A stretch of 64,000 nucleotides of DNA, taken from positions 2,817,802 to 2,881,801 of the forward strand of contig OY730228.1 in assembly GCA_963422565.1 (NCBI GenBank). The letters run 5' to 3'. The notes under the pieces are model-generated. The model was not told the DNA's origin. It saw nothing but the letters and a program-made list of their open reading frames with translations, and did not search any database. Both the position numbers and the translations under genes were made by a program. How positions within the stretch are numbered: position 1 is the first letter of the stretch; each line of letters starts with the position of its first letter. Of this stretch, positions 57,442 to 64,000 are shown in pieces. The stretch is from Alphaproteobacteria bacterium (GTDB taxonomy: Bacteria; Pseudomonadota; Alphaproteobacteria; MPNO01).

Positions 57442-59382
57442 GTGGCGGACGACGAGATCTTTTCCGTGCCGGAGGCGGCGGCCCGCCGGGCACATGTCGA
57501 CGCGGCCGGCTATGAGGACATGTATCGGCGTTCGGTCGAGGAGCCCGAGCGGTTCTGGGCCGAACAGGCCCAGAGGCTCCACTGGATCGTGCCCTTCACC
57601 AAGGTACGCGACACCAGCTTCGCGCGCGAGAATGTCCATATCCGCTGGTTCTACGACGGCGTCCTGAACGCCTCGGCGAACTGCCTGGACCGCCATCTGT
57701 CGGCGCGGGGGGAACAGACCGCGATCATCTGGGAGGGCGACGACCCGGCCGATTCGAAGCGCATCACCTATGCGGAGCTGCACCGCCAGGTCTGTCGGCT
57801 CGCCAATGCGCTCAAGGCGTTGGGTGTCGGCAAGGGCGACCGGGTGACGATCTATTTGCCGATGATCCCCGAGCTCGCGGTCTCGCTTCTGGCCTGCGCG
57901 AGGATCGGCGCGGTCCATTCGGTGGTCTTCGGCGGTTTCTCGCCCGACTCGATCGCGGGACGCATCCAGGACTGCGACTCCAGCCTGGTCATCACCGCCG
58001 ACGAAGGGGTGCGAGGCGGCCGTCTCGTCCCGCTGAAGGCCAATATCGACGCGGCGCTCCGGCAATGTCCGACCGTGGACACCTGCGTGGTCGTCCGGCG
58101 GACGGGCGGCGCGGTCGACTGGGTCGCAGGCCGCGACGTCTGGTATCACGAGGCGGCCGCGGCGGCCTCGGACGACTGCCCCGCCGAACCGATGAACGCC
58201 GAGGACCCGCTGTTCATCCTCTACACGTCGGGGTCCACGGGAAAGCCCAAGGGCGTGCTGCACAGCATCGGTGGCTATCTGGTCTACGCCTCCATGACCC
58301 ACCAATACGTGTTCGACTATCATGACGGCGATGTCTATTGGTGCACCGCGGATGTCGGCTGGATCACCGGTCACAGCTACACCGTCTACGGCCCCCTCGC
58401 CAATGGGGCAACGACCCTGATGTTCGAGGGGCTGCCCAACCATCCCGGCCCTTCCCGGTTCTGGGAGATCTGCGACAAGCATTCGGTCAACATCTTCTAC
58501 ACGGCGCCGACCGCGATCCGGGCGCTGATGCGCGAAGGCGACGGGCCGGTAGAGGCCACCGACCGCTCGTCGATCCGGCTCCTCGGTACGGTCGGCGAGC
58601 CGATCAACCCGGAGGCCTGGCTCTGGTACTACAATGTCGTCGGCGGCGGCCGCTGCCGGATCGTCGACACATGGTGGCAGACCGAGACCGGCGGGATCCT
58701 GATCGCGCCGCTTCCCGGCGCGACGCCGCTCAAGCCGGGCTCGGCGACGAGACCGTTCTTCGGCGTCAAGCCGGTGGTCGTCGACAATGACGGGCGGCTG
58801 CTCGAGGGCGCGTGCAGCGGCAATCTTTGCCTCGACGGCTCCTGGCCCGGACAGATGCGCACCGTCTTCCGCGACCACGACCGGTTCGTTCAGACCTATT
58901 TCTCGAACTATGAGGGCTATTACTTCACCGGCGACGGCTGCCGCCGCGACGAGGACGGGTATTACTGGATCACCGGGCGGGTCGACGATGTGATCAACGT
59001 GTCGGGCCATCGGATGGGCACCGCCGAGGTGGAGAGCGCCCTTGTCGCCCACGACAAGGTCGCCGAAGCGGCGGTCGTGGGCTACCCGCACGACGTCAAG
59101 GGTCAGGGCATCTACGCCTATGTGACGCTGATCGCCGGCGAGGAACCGACCGACGGGCTGCGGAGAGATCTCGTCCGATGGGTCCGCAAGGAGATCGGTC
59201 CGATCGCCACGCCGGACCTGATCCAATGGGCGCCGGGGCTGCCGAAGACCCGGTCTGGCAAGATCATGCGCCGGATCCTGCGCAAGATCGCGGCCAACGA
59301 GCAGGAGTCGCTCGGCGACACGACGACGCTGGCCGAACCGGCGGTGGTCGACGACCTCGTCGAGAATCGCATGAACCGCTGA
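57442..59382 (+). CDS. acs: acetyl-coenzyme A synthetase
   Basis: 646 aa with Acs motifs throughout: [32 protein letters not shown] and the C-terminal [19 protein letters not shown]. Confidence 0.93.
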   Translation: MADDEIFSVPEAAARRAHVDAAGYEDMYRRSVEEPERFWAEQAQRLHWIVPFTKVRDTSFARENVHIRWFYDGVLNASANCLDRHLSARGEQTAIIWEGDDPADSKRITYAELHRQVCRLANALKALGVGKGDRVTIYLPMIPELAVSLLACARIGAVHSVVFGGFSPDSIAGRIQDCDSSLVITADEGVRGGRLVPLKANIDAALRQCPTVDTCVVVRRTGGAVDWVAGRDVWYHEAAAAASDDCPAEPMNAEDPLFILYTSGSTGKPKGVLHSIGGYLVYASMTHQYVFDYHDGDVYWCTADVGWITGHSYTVYGPLANGATTLMFEGLPNHPGPSRFWEICDKHSVNIFYTAPTAIRALMREGDGPVEATDRSSIRLLGTVGEPINPEAWLWYYNVVGGGRCRIVDTWWQTETGGILIAPLPGATPLKPGSATRPFFGVKPVVVDNDGRLLEGACSGNLCLDGSWPGQMRTVFRDHDRFVQTYFSNYEGYYFTGDGCRRDEDGYYWITGRVDDVINVSGHRMGTAEVESALVAHDKVAEAAVVGYPHDVKGQGIYAYVTLIAGEEPTDGLRRDLVRWVRKEIGPIATPDLIQWAPGLPKTRSGKIMRRILRKIAANEQESLGDTTTLAEPAVVDDLVENRMNR

Positions 59383-59787
59383 GCCGACCGCCGCGCTTCC
59401 CGCGGCGAAGACGCCCCTCCCCCCGTCACTGCCCGTCCCTCGAGCGGAGGGGGACGCGCGCGCCCTCTCTCGCTCCCTGCACCCTTCATCATGCATCCTC
59501 GGCGATGGAGTTGGACGATGGCTCTTCCACACCAGGGTTCGGGTCGCGGCAGCGTCGTTCGCCCATAGCGCGAGGGGGAAGCCGAGGGGCGATGCAGCCT
59601 GTGAGAGCGGGCTTCCTGCCGTCGTGCGGGTTCCGTCCTACCCCTTGAGGGAGAGGGCAGGGGCGGGGGGGGGGGGAGAGGACCCCTCTGGGCCGGACAC
59701 CCGCTACGGCCCATGCCTTCCGTCCGGCGAATTCCGCAGCCGCTCCGGGGAATCGGTTCGGCGGCGCGGCTCCATTATGATCCGGCC

Positions 59788-62529
59788 ATGCCCGCCGCCG
59801 ACCCGTTCACGGAGGGCGCATCCGACACGGTGCTGGCCGTCGGACATGCGACGGCCGTATTGCTGGAGACCGGCGGCGCGCCTCGGGAACTGCCGCTTGC
59901 CGCCGCTGCGGCGGCGGTTCGGGGCGGGCTGGTTCCGGTTCTGTGCCACCGCCGGGCGGTCGCGCGGCGGCTCGGGCTGGAAGTCTTTCCGGCCCGCGAT
60001 CTGCTTGAGCTGTTCGCCTTCGTCCGGCCCGCGGAACCCTGCCTGCCCACCGTCGGCGGTGTTGCCGACGCGCTGGAGCTTCCGCGTCCGGCGTCGCTCG
60101 CCGAGGGCGCCGGGACCCTCGCCGCGGCCGCGCGCCGCCTGCTGTCGGATCTCGCCGAGACCGATGCCGAGGACCGCGCCGAGGCGACCGTCGTCGCGAC
60201 AGCAATGGCCGGCGGCGGATGGCCCTGGGCGCGCGCCGTCCGCGCCGCGCTCGGCGCGGACGGGGGCCCGGTGCGCGATGCGGCCGGCCTCCGGGTCTGG
60301 AACCGTCTCTCCGAGATATCCGAGCACGCACCGGAACCGCCGGCAGGGTCGCGGGCGGTCGCGCCGGGCGATGCGCGGCAACGGCTCGCGCGGCTGCTCG
60401 GGGCGGCGGCCGAGGACCGGCCGGGCCAGGCCGATTTCGCCGCGGCGCTGACCGCCGCCTTCGCGCCGCGTGATTCCGGAGAGGCCCCGGCCGCGGTGAT
60501 CGCCGAGGCCGGGACCGGGGTCGGTAAGACGCTCGGCTATATCGCTCCTGCCAGCCTGTGGGCCGAGCGCAACGGCGGTCCCGTCTGGATCAGCACCTAT
60601 ACGCGCAATCTGCAGCGGCAGATCGACGCCGAGCTCGACCGGCTCCACGCGGATCCGGTCCTCAAGCGGCGCAAGGTTGTGATCCGCAAAGGACGGGAGA
60701 ACTATCTCTGCCTGCTCAACCTGGAGGACGCGGTCGATCGGCTGGACATGTTCTCCGGCGACGCGGTCTCGCTCGGCCTCATGGCGCGCTGGGCCGCGCG
60801 GACCCGCGACGGGGACATGGTCGGCGGCGACTTCCCGGCCTGGCTGGCCGACCTGCTGGGATACCGGCGCACGCTCGGCCTGGCCGACCGGCGCGGCGAG
60901 TGCATCTACTCGGCCTGCGCGCATTACCGGAAATGCTTCATCGAGCGCACGGTCCGCCGCGCGCGGCGCGCCGATATCGTGGTCGCCAACCATGCCCTGG
61001 TGATGACCCAGGCCGCGCTCGGCGGGCTCGATGACGGGTTCGTCCCGAGCCGGCTCGTCTTCGACGAGGGGCATCATCTGTTCGACGCCGCCGACGGCGC
61101 CTTCTCGGCCCGGCTGTCGGGTCAGGAGACCGCCGACCTGCGGCTCTGGCTGCTCGGCTCCGAGACTGCGGGGCGGCGCCGGGCGCGCGGGCTGGCGCGG
61201 CGGATCGTGGACATCGCCGTCGGCGACGAGGCGGTGAGCCGTCTCGGCGAGCTGCTGTCGGCGGCGGCGGTCCTACCCGGCGGCGGCTGGCGGCAGCGGC
61301 TGGCCGACGGTCGGCCGCGCGGGCCTGCGGAGGCGTTTCTCGCCGTCGTCCGTCGCCAGGTGCTGGCGCGCGCCGACGGGCGCGGCCGCTACGAACTGGA
61401 GACCGAGCCGCGACCGCCGGCGGACGGGCTGCTCGAGGCGGCGTCGGCATTCGAGACGGCGCTCGGCGCGCTGATCGCGCCGACCCGGGCGCTGGCGGCG
61501 CGACTCGCTGCGCTGCTCGCCGAGCGCGCGGAGACGTTCGACACGCCGACCCGCAACCGCGTCGAGGCCGTCGCGCGCGGGCTCGCCCGGCGGCTGGATG
61601 GCCAGCTCCTGCCCTGGCAAGCGATGCTGCGGGGACTGCCCGAGGAGCCGCCCGAGAGCGTCGTCGACTGGCTCTCGGTGGGTCGCGGCGACGGGCGCGA
61701 CGCCGATGTCGGCATGCACCGCCATTGGGTGGACCCGTCGCTGCCCTTCGCTGCCCATGTCGCGAGCGCGGCGCACGGTATGGTTGTCACCTCGGCGACG
61801 CTCCGCGACGGCACCGGCGATGCCGAGCGCGACTGGCGGGCCGCCGAGGCACGAACCGGCATGGTGCATCTCGCCGCGCCGGCGGTCCGCGTCGCGACCC
61901 CCTCCCCCTTCGACTATGCGCGCCTCGCCCGGGTGCTGCTGGTCACCGATGTCCGAAGGGACGATCCGGACCAAGTGGCGGGCGCCTATCGGGCGCTGAT
62001 GACCGCCGCCGGCGGCGGCGCGCTGGGACTTTTCACGGCGATCTCGCGGCTCCGCGATGTGCATGAGCGCATCGCTGCGAAGCTGGAAGCCGACGGACTC
62101 ACGCTACTCGCCCAGCATGTCGACAATCTCGACACCGCGAGCCTGGTCGACATCTTCCGGGCGGAGGAGGACTGGTGCCTGCTGGGAACCGACGCGGTGC
62201 GCGACGGCGTCGATGTGCCCGGGCGCTCGCTGAGACTCATCGTCTTCGACCGGGTGCCCTGGCCGCGACCGTCGATCCTCCACCGCGCCCGCCGGGCGCA
62301 AGCGGGGCAGGGCGGGCATGACGACATGCTGGCCAGGCTGCGTCTCAAACAGGCCTTCGGCCGGCTGGTGCGCCGTGCCGACGACCGCGGCGTCTTCGTC
62401 CTGCTCGACCGGTCCATGCCCTCGCGGCTGCTCGGCGCCTTCCCGTCCGAGGTGCCGGCAGCGCGCGTCGGCCTCGCCGAGGCGGTCGCTCGGACCCGCG
62501 GCTTCCTCGCGGCGGACGGACGGGGCTGA
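59788..62529 (+). CDS. DinG/Rad3-family ATP-dependent helicase with long N-terminal extension
   Basis: Walker A GTGVGKT, DEAH-type VFDEGHHL, a Rad3-type 4-Cys Fe-S insert (C..C..C..C in GECIYSACAHYRKCFIE) and C-terminal helicase motifs. Confidence 0.82.
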   Translation: MPAADPFTEGASDTVLAVGHATAVLLETGGAPRELPLAAAAAAVRGGLVPVLCHRRAVARRLGLEVFPARDLLELFAFVRPAEPCLPTVGGVADALELPRPASLAEGAGTLAAAARRLLSDLAETDAEDRAEATVVATAMAGGGWPWARAVRAALGADGGPVRDAAGLRVWNRLSEISEHAPEPPAGSRAVAPGDARQRLARLLGAAAEDRPGQADFAAALTAAFAPRDSGEAPAAVIAEAGTGVGKTLGYIAPASLWAERNGGPVWISTYTRNLQRQIDAELDRLHADPVLKRRKVVIRKGRENYLCLLNLEDAVDRLDMFSGDAVSLGLMARWAARTRDGDMVGGDFPAWLADLLGYRRTLGLADRRGECIYSACAHYRKCFIERTVRRARRADIVVANHALVMTQAALGGLDDGFVPSRLVFDEGHHLFDAADGAFSARLSGQETADLRLWLLGSETAGRRRARGLARRIVDIAVGDEAVSRLGELLSAAAVLPGGGWRQRLADGRPRGPAEAFLAVVRRQVLARADGRGRYELETEPRPPADGLLEAASAFETALGALIAPTRALAARLAALLAERAETFDTPTRNRVEAVARGLARRLDGQLLPWQAMLRGLPEEPPESVVDWLSVGRGDGRDADVGMHRHWVDPSLPFAAHVASAAHGMVVTSATLRDGTGDAERDWRAAEARTGMVHLAAPAVRVATPSPFDYARLARVLLVTDVRRDDPDQVAGAYRALMTAAGGGALGLFTAISRLRDVHERIAAKLEADGLTLLAQHVDNLDTASLVDIFRAEEDWCLLGTDAVRDGVDVPGRSLRLIVFDRVPWPRPSILHRARRAQAGQGGHDDMLARLRLKQAFGRLVRRADDRGVFVLLDRSMPSRLLGAFPSEVPAARVGLAEAVARTRGFLAADGRG

Positions 62530-62600
62530 CCTCGCGGCTGGAAATCGCCGGGCCGCCGGCGCAAGATGCGGCGATCGGCGGCGCAGAGCGGGAGTGGGCG

Positions 62601-63395
62601 ATGGCGGTCTTCGACGCGGTCTCGATCGAGAGGCTCTTCCGGATCGATGGCGACGGTGCGTTCGTTACCGGCGGCGGCGCCGGGCTGGGGCGGATCGCGG
62701 CGATCGCGCTCGCCGGAGCGGGCGCCCATGTCGCGGTGACCGATATCGACGAGGCGGCAGCTGCGCGGGTTGCGGCGGAGATCCGCGAGGCCGGGGGCGT
62801 TGCCGAGCCGTTCCGGCTCGATGTCGCCGACCGCAAACGGATCGACGAGGTGATCGACCGGGCGGCCGAGCGGTTCGGCGGGCTGCAGATCCTCGTCAAC
62901 AATGCCGGGATCGCCCGGCGCGGGCCGACCGAGACCCTGCCCGACGCGGACTGGGACGCGGTCGTCGAGGTCAACATGACCGCGCCCTTCGTCTGCGCCC
63001 GCGCCGCCGCCCGCCACATGCTGCCCCGGCGCGACGGCCGGATCATCTCGCTCGCTTCGATCATGGGCTACCGCGGCAACCCGATCTTCCCCCATCTGCC
63101 CTATCAGGCGACCAAGGGCGCGATCGTCAACATGACGCGCGCGCTCGCGGTCGAGTGGGCGCCGCACGGGATCCGGGTCAACGCGGTCGCGCCGACCTTC
63201 TTCTACACCAATCTCGGCGCCGACATGCGCCGGCGCCGACCGGAGGTGGTGGCGCAGATCGAAGCGCGCACCCCGCTCGGCCGCTTCGGAGAGCCCGAGG
63301 AGCTGGCCGGCGGGATTCTCTATCTGGCGAGCAGGGCGTCGGCGATGGTCACCGGCCATACGCTGGCAATCGACGGCGGCTGGCTCGCGCTGTAA
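62601..63395 (+). CDS. SDR family oxidoreductase
   Basis: TGGGAGLGRIAA Rossmann motif, NNAG and a catalytic YxxxK (YQATK). Confidence 0.88.
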   Translation: MAVFDAVSIERLFRIDGDGAFVTGGGAGLGRIAAIALAGAGAHVAVTDIDEAAAARVAAEIREAGGVAEPFRLDVADRKRIDEVIDRAAERFGGLQILVNNAGIARRGPTETLPDADWDAVVEVNMTAPFVCARAAARHMLPRRDGRIISLASIMGYRGNPIFPHLPYQATKGAIVNMTRALAVEWAPHGIRVNAVAPTFFYTNLGADMRRRRPEVVAQIEARTPLGRFGEPEELAGGILYLASRASAMVTGHTLAIDGGWLAL

Positions 63396-63425
63396 CGCCG
63401 GCGCTACAGCCCGGACACGCGCCGG

Positions 63426-64000
63426 TCAGGCGCAGCCGCGGACCGCATCCTCCGTCAGGACCCCGATCAGATGGGCGCGGTAGGCCGCGCTGCCATGCAG
63501 ATCGGTCGTGAGCCCGTCCGCCGGCAGCGCGAGACCGGCGATCGCCGCCGGGCCGAAATCGCGCATCAGCGCCCGTTCGAAGGCGCGGACGCGGAACACC
63601 GAGCGCGCCGCGCCGGTCACCGCCACCCGAACCTCGCCGCCGGCGTGCCGGGCGACGAAGACCCCGACGATGGAGAAGCGCGAGGCCGGGTTGGGAAACT
63701 TCCGATAGGCCGCGCGTTCGGGAAAGGGAAAGCGGACTTCGGTGATCAGCTCGCCCTCGGCGAGCGCCGTCTCGAACAGCCCCTCGAAGAATGCGTCCGC
63801 CGCGATCGCCCGGCGGTCGGTGACGATCTCGGCCCCGAGCCCGAGCGCCGCCGCCGGATAGCAGGCCGCCGGATCGTTGTTGGCGAGAGAGCCCCCGATG
63901 GTGCCGCGGTTGCGGACCAGGGGGTCGCCGATTCCCCCGGCGAGATCGGCGAGCGCCGGAATCGCCGCGGCGAGCGCGGCCGATGCGGCGACTTCGGCAT
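63426..64000 (-). CDS. FAD-binding molybdopterin dehydrogenase medium subunit (CoxM/CutM-like), C-terminal part; gene continues beyond the window
   Basis: Manual translation of the minus strand gives ...GELITEVRFPFPERAAYRKFPNPASRFSIVGVFVARHAGGEVRVAVTGAARSVFRV...DLHGSAAYRAHLIGVLTEDAVRGCA*, a typical C-terminus for this subunit type. The ORF track shows only the last 66 aa because of an internal Met. Confidence 0.7.
   Translation of the reverse strand, partial: AEVAASAALAAAIPALADLAGGIGDPLVRNRGTIGGSLANNDPAACYPAAALGLGAEIVTDRRAIAADAFFEGLFETALAEGELITEVRFPFPERAAYRKFPNPASRFSIVGVFVARHAGGEVRVAVTGAARSVFRVRAFERALMRDFGPAAIAGLALPADGLTTDLHGSAAYRAHLIGVLTEDAVRGCA

Noticed and set aside
57172-59532. 786-aa ORF antisense to acs
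   Set aside because: Acs motifs unambiguously define the plus-strand gene. The antisense ORF is an artefact.
59665-59676. G12 tract as possible CRISPR or repeat array
   Set aside because: It is a single homopolymer with no spacer-repeat periodicity. No CRISPR array was seen anywhere in the window.

Overview
This 64-kb window is about 70% GC and reads as a chromosomal segment from an alphaproteobacterium, judged from gene content and order. The conserved backbone is dnaG-rpoD, the atpI-atpB-atpE-atpF'-atpF F0 operon, gcvT-H-PA-PB behind a tandem glycine riboswitch, trxB/lrp, greA, ispE, gpsA, acs and a DinG-like helicase. Between these sit metabolic accessory clusters:
- a convergent TRAP dctP / dctQM locus;
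- a LivKGFHM-type ABC importer operon that ends in an arylsulfate-sulfotransferase-family gene, followed by a decayed LivM-like permease remnant and a GC-poor patch;
- a NitT/TauT-type ABC transporter;
- three xanthine-dehydrogenase-family molybdenum hydroxylase loci: a coxM-S-L-like operon continuing into an amidohydrolase, a CinA_C-ArsC fusion and an alpha/beta hydrolase; a large subunit with a 1-nt frameshift, coupled to a luciferase-like oxidoreductase; and an IorAB-like pair next to an opine-dehydrogenase-like gene and a TusA-like gene at tRNA-Gln;
- a fourth, partial FAD-binding subunit at the window edge.
Three ACMSD-type amidohydrolase paralogues are also present. Two tRNAs were found, Met(CAU) and Gln(UUG). 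I saw no CRISPR array, transposase, integrase or recognisable defence system. The most unusual items are the Liv-ASST operon, the candidate N-heteroaromatic catabolic operon and its CinA_C-ArsC fusion, the altered active-site motif in its large subunit, and the frameshifted Mo-hydroxylase gene. Coordinates were derived by hand from the ORF track and may be off by a few nucleotides at start codons.
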